Origin: Leptogorgia sarmentosa
Lineage: Eukaryota
Direction: 5' to 3'
Assembly: GCA_964658305.1 (NCBI GenBank)
Contig: OZ210885.1
Location: forward strand, 26,226,001 to 26,290,000
Length of the DNA stretch: 64,000 bases
The position numbers and the translations under genes are program-made. Below the pieces are notes generated by a model. That model was not told the DNA's origin and did not search any database. It was given only the letters and a program-made list of their open reading frames with translations. This document shows, piece after piece, positions 49,601 through 64,000 of this stretch (its first letter is position 1; each line of letters starts with the position of its first letter).

Positions 49601-52600
49601 TGATCATGAATTTGATTAATTATCATGATTATGATTAGCGGTCATGATTATGATTGTCGATCATTATTATGATTAACGTTCGTGATTATGATTAACTGTC
49701 ATGATTATAATTAACTATCATGCTTATGAAAAACGATCATAAAAAGATTCACGATCATGATTATCATTACTGATTATGATTAACGATCATGATTATGATT
49801 AACGATCATGATTATAATTAACTATCATGCTTATGATAAACGATCATAATAAAGATTCACGATTATGATTATCATTACTGATTATGATTAACGACCATGA
49901 TTATGATTAACGACTATGATCAACGATCATGATTATGATTACAATCATGATTATGATTAACGATCATGATTATTATTAACGATGTTGATTGACGACCATG
50001 AATATGATTAACCATCATGATTAGCGATCATCATTATGATTGACGATCATGATTATGATTAACGATCCTGAATATGATTAACGATCATGATTATGATTAA
50101 CGATCATGATTATCTTTGACGATCATGGTTATGATTAACGATCATGATTATGATTAACGATCATGATCATGACTAACCATCATGATTAACGATCATGATT
50201 AACGATCATGATCATGATTAACGATCACGATTATGATTAATGATCATGATTATGATTAACGTTCGTTATTATGATTAACTCTCATGATTATAATTAACGA
50301 TCATGCTTATGATAAACGATCATAATAAAGATTCACGATCATGATTATCACTACTGATTATGATTAACGATCATGATTATAATTAACGATCATGATTAAC
50401 GATCATGAATTTGATTAACGATCATGATTATGATCAAAGATCATGATTAGCGATCATATTAACGATCATGATTATGATTAACGATGATGATTTTGATTAA
50501 CGATCATGATTATGATTAAAGATTATGATTATGGCTAATAATCATGATTATGATTAACAATCATGATTAACGATCATGATTATGATTAACGATCACGATT
50601 TTGATTAACGATCATGATTATGATTAACGTTCGTGATTATGATTAACTGTCATGATTATAATTAACGATCATGCTTATGATAAACGATCATGATTATGAT
50701 TAACGATCATGATTATGATTAACCATCATGATTAACGATCATCATTAACGGTCATGATTATTATTGACGATCATGATTGACGATTATGATTATGATTAAC
50801 GAACATGATTATGATTAACGATCATGATTATGATTAACGAACATGATTATGATTAACCGCCATGATTATCATTAGCGATCAAGATTATGACTAACGATCA
50901 TGATTATGATTAACGATCACGATTAACAATGATGATTATAATTAAGGATCATGATTAGTATTACAGATCATGATTATGATTAACGATAATGATTATGTTT
51001 AACGATCATTATTAAGATCAACGATCATGATTATGATTAACGAACATGATTATGTTTAATGATCGTCATTAACGATCATGATTATGATTAACGATCATGA
51101 TAATGATTAACGATCATGATTATGATTAACGATCATGATTACGAATAACGATCATGATTATGATTAACGATCATGATAATGATTAACGATCATGATTACG
51201 ATTAACGATCATGATTATGATTGACGATGATGATTGCCTATCAGGAATTTGATTTACGATCATAATTATCATTAACGATCATGACCATGATTAACGATCA
51301 TGAATATGATTAACGATCTTGATTATGATTAACGATGATGATTGACGATCATGAATTTGATTAATTATCGTGATTATGATTAGCGGTCATGATTATGATT
51401 GACGATCATGATTATGATTAACGATCATGAATATGATTAACGATCATGATTATGATTAACGATCATGATTACGAATAACGATCATGATTATGATTAGCGA
51501 TGATGATTGACGATCAGGAATTCGATTTACGATCATGATTATGATTAACGATCATGACCATGATTAACGATCATGATTATGATTAACGATCATGATTATT
51601 ATTAACGATGATGATTGACGATCATGAATTTGATTAATTATCATGATTATGATTAGCGGTCATGATTATGATTGACGATCATGATTATGGATAATGATCA
51701 TGAATATGATTAACGATCATGATTATGATTAGCGGTCATGATTATGATTGTCGATCATGATTATGATTAACGATCATGAATATGATTAACGATCAGGATT
51801 ATGATTAACGATCATGATCGACGATCATGATTATGATTAACGAACATGATTATGATTAACGATGATGATTGACGATCATAAATTCGATTAACGATCATGA
51901 TTATAGTTAAAGATCATGATTGACGATCATGATTACGATTAACGAACAAGATTATGATTAACGATCATGATTATGATTAAAGATTATGATCATGATTAAT
52001 GATCATGATTGTGATTAACGATCATGATTATGATTGACTATCATGATTATGATTAGCGGTCATGAATATGATTAAGGATCATGATTATGATTAGCGGACA
52101 TAATTATGATTAACGATCATGATTATGATTAACGATCATGATTATGATTAACGATCACGATTATGATTAACGATCATGAATATTATTAACGATCATGATT
52201 ATGATTAACGATCATGATTACGATTAACGATCATGATTATGATTGACGATGATGATTGACTATCAGGAATTCGATTTACGATCATGATTATGATTAACGA
52301 TCATGGCCTTGATTAACGATCATGATTATGATTAGCGGTCATGATTATGCTTGACAATCATGATTATGATTAACGATCATGAATATGATTAACGAACATG
52401 ATTATGATTAACGATAATCATTGACGATCATGAATTTGATTAACGATCATGATTATGATTAAAGATTATGATCATGATTAATGATCATGTTTGTGATTAA
52501 CGATCATGATTATGATTAACTATCATGATTATGATTAGCGGTCATGATTATGATTGACAATCATGATTATGATTAACGATCATGAATATGATTAAGGATC

Positions 52601-55600
52601 ATGATTATGATTAGCGGTCATGATTACGATTAACGATCATGATTATGATTAAGGAACATGATTGACGAGCATGAATTTGATTAATTATCATAATTATGAT
52701 TAGCGGTCATGATTATGATTGACCATCATGATTATGATTAACGATCATGAATATTATTAACGATCATGATTGACGATCATGATTATGATTAACGATCATG
52801 ATTGACGATCATGATTGACGATCATGATTATGATTAACGATCATGATGAAAATTGACGAACATGATTATGATTAACGATCATGAATATGATTAACGATCA
52901 TGATTATGATTGGCGGTCATGATTATGATTGACGATCATGATTATGATTAACGATCATGAATATGATTAACGATCATGATTATGATTAACGATCATGAAT
53001 ATGATTAACGATCATGATTATGATTAACGATCATGAATACGATTAACGATCATGATTATGATTGACGATGATGATTGACTATCAGTAATTTGATTTACGA
53101 TCATAATTATGATTAACGATCATGACCATGATTAAGGATAATAATTATGATTAACGATCTTGATTATGATTAACGATGATGATTGACGATCATGAATTTG
53201 ATTAATTATCGTGATTATGATTAGCGGTCATGATTATGATTGACGATCATGATTATGATTAACGATCATGAATATGATTAACGATCATGATTATGATTAA
53301 CGATCATGATTGACGATCATGATTATGATTAACGATCATGATTATGATTAGCGGTCATGATTATGATTGACGATCATGATTATTATTTACGATCATGACT
53401 ATGATTAACGATCATGAATATGATTAACGATCATGATTATGATTAGCGGTCATGATTATGATTGTCGATCATGATTATGATTAACGATCATGAATATGAT
53501 TAACGATCATGATTATGATTAACGATCATGATTGACGATCATGATTATGATTAACGATCATGATGATGATTGACGAACATGATTGTGATTAACGATCATG
53601 ATTACGAACAACGATCATGATTATGATTAGCGATGATGATTGACGATCAGGAATTCGATTTACGATCATGATTATGATTAACGATCATGACCATGATTAA
53701 CGATCATGATTATGATTAACGATCATGATTATGATTAACGATGATGGTTGACGATCATGAATTTCATTAATTATCATGATTATGATTAGCGGTCATGATT
53801 ATGATTGACGATCATGATTATGAATAATGATCATGAATATGATTAACGATCATGATTATGATTAGCGGTCATGATTATGATTGTCGATCATGATTATGAT
53901 TAACGATCATGAATATGATTAACGATCAGGATTATGATTAACGATCATGATCGACGATCATGATTATGATTAACGAACATGATTATGATTAACGATGATG
54001 ATTGACGATCATGAATTTGATTAACGATCATGATTATAGTTAAAGATCATGATTGACGATCATGATTACGATTAACGAACATGATTATGATCAACGATCA
54101 TGATTATGATTAAAGATTATGATCATGATTAATGATCATGATTGTGATTAACGATCATGATTATGATTGACTATCATGATTATGATTAGCGGTCATGATT
54201 ATGATTGACGATCATGATTATGATTAACGATCATGAATATGATTAACGATCATGATTATGATTAACGGTCATAATTATGATTAACGATCATGATTATGAT
54301 TAACGATCATGATTATGATTAACGATCACGATTATGATTAACGATCATGAATATGATTAACGATCATGATTATGATTAACGATCATGATTACGATTAACG
54401 ATCATGATTATGATTGACGATGATGATTGACTATCAGGAATTCGATTTACGATCATGATTATGATTAACGATCATGGCCTTGATTAACGTTCATGATTAT
54501 GATTTGCGGTCATGATTATGATTGACAATCATGATTATGATTAACGATCATGAATATGATTAACGAACATGATTATGATTAACGATGATGATTAACGATC
54601 ATGAATTTGATTAACGATCATGATTATGATTAAAGATTATGATCATGATTAATGATCATGTTTGTGATTAACGATCATGATTATGATTAACTATCATGAT
54701 TATGATTAGCGGCCACGATTGTGATTGACGATGATGATTATGATTAACGATCATGAATATGATTAAGGATCATGATTATGGTTAGCGGTCATGATTACGA
54801 TTAACGATCATGATTATGATTAAGGAACATGACTGACGAGCATGAATTTGATTAATTATCATAATTATGATTAGCGGTCATGATTATGATTGACCATCAT
54901 GATTATGATTAACGATCATGAATATGATTAACGATCATGATTATGATTAGCGGTCATGATTATGAATAACGATCATGAATATGATTAACGATCATGATTA
55001 TGATTAACGATCATGATTGACGATCATGATTATGATTAACGATCATGATTATGATTAGCGGTTATGATTATGATTGACGATCATGATTATGATTAACGAT
55101 CATGTATATGATAAAGGATCATGATTATGATTAACGATCATGAATATGACTAACGATCATGATTATGATTAACGATCATGATGAAAAGTGACGAACATGA
55201 TTATGATTAACGATCATGAATATGATTAACGATCATGATTATGATTATGATTGGCGGTCATGATTATGATTGACGATCATGATTATGATTAACGATCATG
55301 AATATGATTAACGATCGTGATTATGATTAACGATCATGAATATGATTAACGATCATGATTATGATTAACGATCATGATTACGATTAACGATCATGATTAT
55401 GATTGACGATGATGATTGACTATCAGGAATTTGATTTACGATCATAATTATGATTAACGATCATGACCATGATTAACGATCATGATTATGATTAACGATC
55501 TTGATTATGATTAACGATGATGATTGACGATCATGAATTTGATTAATTATCGTGATTATGATTAGCGGTCATGATTATGATTGACGATCATGATTATGAT

Positions 55601-58600
55601 TAACGATCATGAATATGATTAACGATCATGATTATGATTAACGATCATGATTGACGATCATGATTATGATTAACGATCATGAATTTGATTAATTATCATG
55701 ATTATGATGAGCGGTCATGATTATGATTGTCGATCATGATTATGATTAACGATCATGAATATGATTAACGATCACGATTATGATTAACGATCATGATTGA
55801 CAATCATGATTATGATTAACGATCATGATGATGATTGAAGATCACGATTATGATTAACGATCATGAATATGATTAACGATCATGATTGACGATCATGATT
55901 ATGATTAACGATCATGATTATGATTAGCAGTCATGATTATGATTGACGATCATGATTATGATTAACGATCATGAATATGATTAAGGATCGTGATTATGAT
56001 TAGCGGTCACGATTATGATTAACGGTCAAGATTATGATTAACGATCATGATTATGATTAACGATCATGATTATGATTAACGATCATGATTATGATTAACG
56101 ATCATGATTACGATTAACGATCATGATTATGATTGACGATGATGATTGACTATCAGGAATTTGATTTACGATCATAATTATGATTAACGATCATGACCAT
56201 GATTAACGATCATGATTATGATTAGCAGTCATGATTATGATTAACGATCATGATTATGATTAGCAGTCATGATTATGATTGACGATCATGATTATGATTA
56301 ACGATCATGAATATGATTAAGGATCGTGATTATGATTGGCGGTCATGATTATGATTAACGGTCATGATTATGATTAACGATCATGATTATGATTAACGAT
56401 CATGAATATGATTAACGATCATGATTATGATTAACGATCATGATTACGATTAACGATCATGATTATGATTGACGATGATGATTGCCTATCAGGAATTTGA
56501 TTTACGATCATAATTATCATTAACGATCATGACCATGATTAACGATCATGAATATGATTAACGATCTTGATTATGATTAACGATGATGATTGACGATCAT
56601 GAATTTGATTAATTATCGTGATTATGATTAGCGGTCATGATTATGATTGACGATCATGATTATGATTAACGATCATGAATATGATTAAAGATCATGATTA
56701 TGATTTGCGGTCATGATTATGATTAACGATCATGATTATGATTAAGGATTATGATAGATGATCATGAATTTCAATAACGATGATGATTATGATTAACGAT
56801 CATGAATATGATTAAAGATGATGATTATGATTAACGATCATGATTATGATTAACGATGATGATTACGATTAAAGATGATGATTATGATTAACGATCATGA
56901 ATCTGATTAACGATCATGATTATGATTAACGATCATGATTATGATTGACTATCATGATTATGATTAGCTTTCATGATTATGATTGACGATCATGATTATG
57001 ATTAACGATCATGAATATGATTAAAGATCATGATTATGATTAGCGGTCATGATTATGATTAACGATCATGATTATGATTAACGATCATGATTATGATTAG
57101 CGGTCATGAATTTGATTAACGATCATGATTAAAGTTAAAGATCATGATTGACGATCATGATTACGATTAACGAACAAGATTATGATTAACGATCATGATT
57201 ATGATTAAAGATTATGATCATGATTAATGATCATGATTGTGATTAACGATCATGATTATGATTAACGATCATGATTACGATTAACGATTTTGATTATGAT
57301 TGACGATGATGATTGACTATCAGGAATTCGATTTACGATCATGATTATGATTAACGATCATGACAATGATTAACGATCATGATTATGATTAGCGGTCATG
57401 ATTATGATTGACGATCATGATTATGATTAACGATCATGAATATGATTAACGATCATGATTATGATTAACGATCATGATTGTGATTAACGATCATGATTAT
57501 GATTAACGATCATGATTACGATTAACGATTTTGATTATGATTGACGATGATGATTGACTATCAGGAATTCGATTTACGATCATGATTATGATTAACGATC
57601 ATGACCATGATTAACGATCATGATTATGATTAACGATCATGAAGATGATTAACGATCATGATTATGATTAACGATCATGATTGACGATCATGATTATGAT
57701 TAACGAACATGATTATGATTAACGATCATGATTATGAATAACGAACATGATTATGATTAACCGCCATGATTATGATTAGCGATCATGATTATGACTAACG
57801 ATCATGATATGATTAACGATCACGATTAACAATCATGATTATAATTAAGGATCATGATTAATATTAACGATCATGATTATGATTAAGGATAATGATTATG
57901 TTTAACGATCATGATTAAAATCAACGATCATGATTATGATTAACGAACATCATTATGTTTAATGATCGTGATTAACGATCATGATTATGATTAACGATCA
58001 TGAATATGATTAACGATCATGATTACGATTAACGATCATGATTATGATTAACGATGATGATTGACGATCATGAATTTGATTAATTACCATGATTATGATT
58101 AGCGGTCATGATTATGATTGTCGATCATTATTATGATTAACGTTCATGATTATGATTAACTGTCATGATTATAAACAACTATCATGCTTATGATAAACGA
58201 TCATAAAAAGATTCACGATCATGATTATCATTACTGATTATGATTAACGATCATGATTATGATTAACGATCATGATTATAATTAACTATCATGCTTATGA
58301 TAAACGATCATAATAAAGATTCACGATTATGATTATCATTACTGATTATGATTAACGACCATGATTATGATTAACGACTATGATCAACGATCATGATTAT
58401 GATTACAATCATGATTATGATTAACGATCATGATTATTATTAACGATGTTGATTGACGACCATGAATATGATTAACCATCATGATTAGCGATCATCATTA
58501 TGATTGACGATCATGATTATGATTAACGTTCATGATTATGATTAACTGTCATGATTATAAATAACTATCATGCTTATGATAAACGATCATAAAAAGATTC

Positions 58601-61600
58601 ACGATCATGATTATCATTACTGATTATGATTAACGATCATGATTATGATTAACGATCATGATTATAATTAACTATCATGCTTATGATAAACGATCATAAT
58701 AAAGATTCACGATTATGATTATCATTACTGATTATGATTAACGACCATGATTATGATTAACGACTATGATCAACGATCATGATTATGATTACAATCATGA
58801 TTATGATTAACGATCATGATTATTATTAACGATGTTGATTGACGACCATGAATATGATTAACCATCATGATTAGCGATCATCATTATGATTGACGATCAT
58901 GATTATGACTAACGATCCTGAATATGATTAACGATCATGATTATGATTAACGATCATGATTATCTTTGACGATCATGGTTATGATTAACGATCATGATTA
59001 TGATTAACGATCATGATTATGACTAACCATCATGATTAACGATCATGATTAACGATCATGATCATGATTAACGATCACGATTATGATTAACGATCATGAT
59101 TATGATTAACGTTCGTTATTATGATTAACTCTCATGATTATAATTAACGATCATGCTTATGATAAACGATCATAATAAAGATTCACGATCATGATTATCA
59201 CTACTGATTATAATTAACGATCATGATTATAATTAACGATCATGATTAACGATCATGAATTTGATTTACGATCATGATTATGATCAAAGATCATGATTAG
59301 CGATCATATTAACGATCATGATTGTGATTAACGATCATGATTTTGATTAACGATCATGATTATGATTAAAGATTATAATTATGACTAATAATCATGATTA
59401 TGATTAACAATCATGATTAACGATCATGATTATGATTAACGATCACGATTATGATTAACGATCATGATTATGATTAACGTTCGTGATAATGATTAACTGT
59501 CATGATTATAATTAACGATCATGCTTATGATAAACGATCATGATTATGATTAACGATCATGATTATGATTAACCATCATGATTAACGATCATCATTAACG
59601 GTCATGATTATGATTGACGATCATGATTGACGATTATGATTATGATTAACGAACATGATTATGATTAACGATCATGATTATGATTAACGAACATGATTAT
59701 GATTTACCGCCATGATTATCATTAGCGATCATGATTATGACAAACGATCATGATTATGATTAACGATCACGATTAACAATCATGATTATAATTAAGGATC
59801 ATGATTAATATTACCGATCATGATTATGATTAACGAACATGATTATGTTTAATGATCGTAATTAACGATCATGATTATGATTAACGATCATGATAATGAT
59901 TAACGATCATGATTATGATTAACGATCATGAATATGATTAACGATCATGATTATGATTAACGATCATGATTACGAATAACGATCATGATTATGATTAGCG
60001 ATGATGATTGACGATCAGGAATTCGATTTACGATCATGATTATGATTAACGATCATGACCATGATTAACGATCATGATTATGATTAACGAACATGATTAT
60101 TATTAACGATGATGATTGACGATCATGAATTTGATTAATTATCATGATTATGATTAGCGGTCATGATTATGATTGACGATCATGATTATGGATAATGATC
60201 ATGAATATGATTAACGATCATGATTATGATTAGCGGTCATGATTATGATTGTCGATCATGATTATGATTAACGATCATGAATATGATTAACGATCAGGAT
60301 TATGATTAACGATCATGATCGACGATCATGATTATGATTAACGAACATGATTATGATTAACGATGATGATTGACGATCATGAATTCGATTAACGATCATG
60401 ATTATAGTTAAAGATCATGATTGACGATCATGATTACGATTAACGAACAAGATTATGATTAACGATCATGATTATGATTAAAGATTATGATCATGATTAA
60501 TGATCATGATTGTTATTAACGATCATGATTATGATTGACTATCATGATTATGATTAGCGGTCATGATTATGATTGACGATCATGATTATGATTAACGATC
60601 ATGAATATGATTAAGGATCATGATTATGATTAGCGGTCATGATTACGATTAACGATCATGATTATGATTAAGGAACATGATTGACGAGCATGAATTTGAT
60701 TAATTATCATAATTATGATTAGCGGTCATGATTATGATTAACGATCATGATTATGATTAACGATCACGATTATGATTAACGATCATGAATATTATTAACG
60801 ATCATGATTATGATTAACGATCATGATTACGATTAACGATCATGATTATGATTGGCGATGATGATTGACTATCAGGAATTCGATTTACGATCATGATTAT
60901 GATTAACGATCATGGCCTTGATTAACGATCATGATTATGATTAGCGGTCATGATTATGCTTGACAATCATGATTATGATTAACGATCATGAATATGATTA
61001 ACGAACATGATTATGATTAACGATGATCATTGACGATCATGAATTTGATTAACGATCATGATTATGATTAAAGATTATGATCATGATTAATGATCATGTT
61101 TGTGATTAACGATCATGATTATGATTCACTATCATGATTATGATTAGCGGTCATGATTATGATTGACAATCATGATTATGATTAACGATCATGAATATGA
61201 TTAAGGATCATGATTATGATTAGCGGTCATGATTACGATTAACGATCATGATTATGATTAAGGAACATGATTGACGAGCATGAATTTGATTAATTATCAT
61301 AATTATGATTAGCGGTCATGATTATGATTGACCATCATGATTATGATTAACGATCATGAATATTATTAACGATCATGATTGACGATCATGATTATGATTA
61401 ACGATCATGATTGACGATCATGATTATGATTAACGATCATGATGAAAATTGACGAACATGATTATGATTAACGATCATGAATATGATTAACGATCATGAT
61501 TATGATTGGCGGTCATGATTATGATTGACGATCATGATTATGATTAACGATCATGAATATGATTAACGATCATGATTATGATTAACGATCATGAATATGA

Positions 61601-64000
61601 TTAACGATCATGATTGTGATTAACGATTATGATTACGATTAACGATCATGATTATGATTGACGATGATGATTGACTATCAGGAATTTGATTTACGATCAT
61701 AATTATGATTAACGATCATGACCATGATTAACGATAATAATTATGATTAACGATCTTGATTATGATTAACGATGATGATTGACGATCATGAATTTGATTA
61801 ATTATCGTGATTATGATTAGCGGTCATGATTATGATTGACGATAATGATTATGATTAACGATCATGAATATGATTAACGATCATGATTATGATTAACGAT
61901 CATGATTGACGATCATGATTATGATTAACGATCATGATTATGATTAGCGGTCATGATTATGATTGACGATCATGATTATTATTTACGATCATGATTATGA
62001 TTAACGATCATGAATATGATTAACGATCATGATTATGATTAGCGGTCATGATTATGATTGTCGATCATGATTATGATTAACGATCATGAATATGATTAAC
62101 GATCATGATTATGATTAACGATCATGATTGACGATCATGATTATGATTAACGATCATGATGATGATTGACGATCATGATTATGATTAACGATCATGATTA
62201 CGAATAACGATCATGATTATGATTAGCGATGATGATTGACGATCAGGAATTCGATTTACGATCATAATTATGATTAACGATCATGACCATGATTAACGAT
62301 CATGATTATGATTAACGATCATGATTATGATTAACGATGATGATTGACGATCATGAATTTGATTAGTTATCATGATTATGATTAGCGGTCATGATTATGA
62401 TTGACGATCATGATTATGAATAATGATCATGAATATGATTAACGATCATGATTATGATTAGCGGTCATGATTATGATTGTCGATCATGATTATGATTAAC
62501 GATCATGAATATGATTAACGATCAGGATTATGATTAACGATCATGATCGACGATCATGATTATGATTAACGAACATGATTATGATTAACGATGATGATTG
62601 ACGATCATGAATTTGATTAACGATCATGATTATAGTTAAAGATCATGATTGACGATCATGATTACGATTAACGAACATGATTATGATCAACGATCATGAT
62701 TATGATTAAAGATTATGATCATGATTAATGATCATGATTGTGATTAACGATCATGATTATGATTGACTATCATGATTATGATTAGCGGTCATGATTATGA
62801 TTGACGATCATGATTATGATTAACGATCATGAATATGATTAACGATCATGATTATGATTAGCGGTCATAATTATGATTAACGATCATGATTATGGTTAAC
62901 GATCGTGATTATGATTAACGATCACGATTATGATTAACGATCATGAATATGATTAACGATCATGATTATGATTAACGATCATGATTACGATTAACGATCA
63001 TGATTATGATTGACAATGATGATTGACTATCAGGAATTCGATTTACGATCATGATTATGATTAACGATCATGGCCTTGATTAACGATCATGATTATGATT
63101 AGCGGTCATGATTATGATTGACAATCATGATTATGATTAACGATCATGAATATGATTAACGAACATGATTATGATTAACGATGATGATTAACGATCATGA
63201 ATTTGATTAACGATCATGATTATGATTAAAGATTATGATCATGATTAATGATCATGTTTGTGATTAACGATCATGATTATGATTAACTATCATGATTATG
63301 ATTAGCGGTCATGATTATGATTGACGATCATGATTATGATTAACGATCATGAATATGATTAAGGATCATGATTATGATTAGCGGTCATGATTACGATTAA
63401 CGATCATGATTATGATTAAGGAACATGACTGACGAGCATGAATTTGATTAATTATCATAATTATGATTAGCGGTCATGATTATGATTGACCATCATGATT
63501 ATGATTAACAATCATCAATATGATTAACGATCATGATTATGATTAGCGGTCATGATTATGATTAACGATCATGAATATGATTAATGATCATGATTATGAT
63601 TAACGATCATGATTGACGATCATGATTATGATTAACGATCATGATTATGATTAGCGGTCATGATTATGATTGACGATCATGATTATGATTAACGATCATG
63701 TATATGATAAAGCATCATGATTATGATTAACGATCATGAATATGACTAACGATCATGATTATGATTAACGATCATGATTGACGATCATGATTATGATTAA
63801 CGATCATGATGAAAATTGACGAACATGATTATGATTAACGATCATGAATATGATTAACGATCATGATTATGATTGGCGGTCATGATTATGATTGACGATC
63901 ATGATTATGATTAACGATCATGAATATGATTACTGATCATGATTATGATTAACGATCATGAATATGATTAACGATCATGATTATGATTAACGATCATGAT
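31662..64000. repeat. Satellite DNA, 19-bp monomer GATCATGATTATGATTAAC (13-bp variant GATCATGATTAAC), more than 32 kb, runs off the window end
   Basis: Direct reading. No ORFs in the track. Variant markers recur at higher-order periods. Confidence 0.98.

Noticed and set aside
31662..64000. CRISPR array or coding repeat
   Set aside because: No unique spacers, no cas genes, eukaryotic context, and frequent stops in all frames.

Overview
Eukaryotic, probably cnidarian/anthozoan, genomic DNA (taxon inferred by eye from 18S motifs, not searched). It looks like the decayed edge of an rDNA locus abutting heterochromatic satellite. 1-2460 is the 3' part of an L2/Crack-like APE-RT retrotransposon whose (TAAA)n tail joins 18S. 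2460-12100 holds tandem, deleted rDNA units on the minus strand, and 12100-19541 is an inverted plus-strand unit. All three 28S copies are interrupted at the canonical R2 site, each by a different sequence: an unexplained ~620-bp insert, a 5'-truncated R2 with an open ORF, and a 5'-complete R2 of a second lineage with an HDV-like ribozyme. The third 28S also carries a full-length Harbinger transposon. The third R2 is cut by a ~9.6-kb CACAG...CTGTG TIR element (CACTA/EnSpm-like) carrying a spliced protein-kinase gene, a C14orf93-like gene and nested MITEs. 31662-64000 is a 19-bp satellite (GATCATGATTATGATTAAC) with nested higher-order repeats. No intact host protein-coding gene was found.
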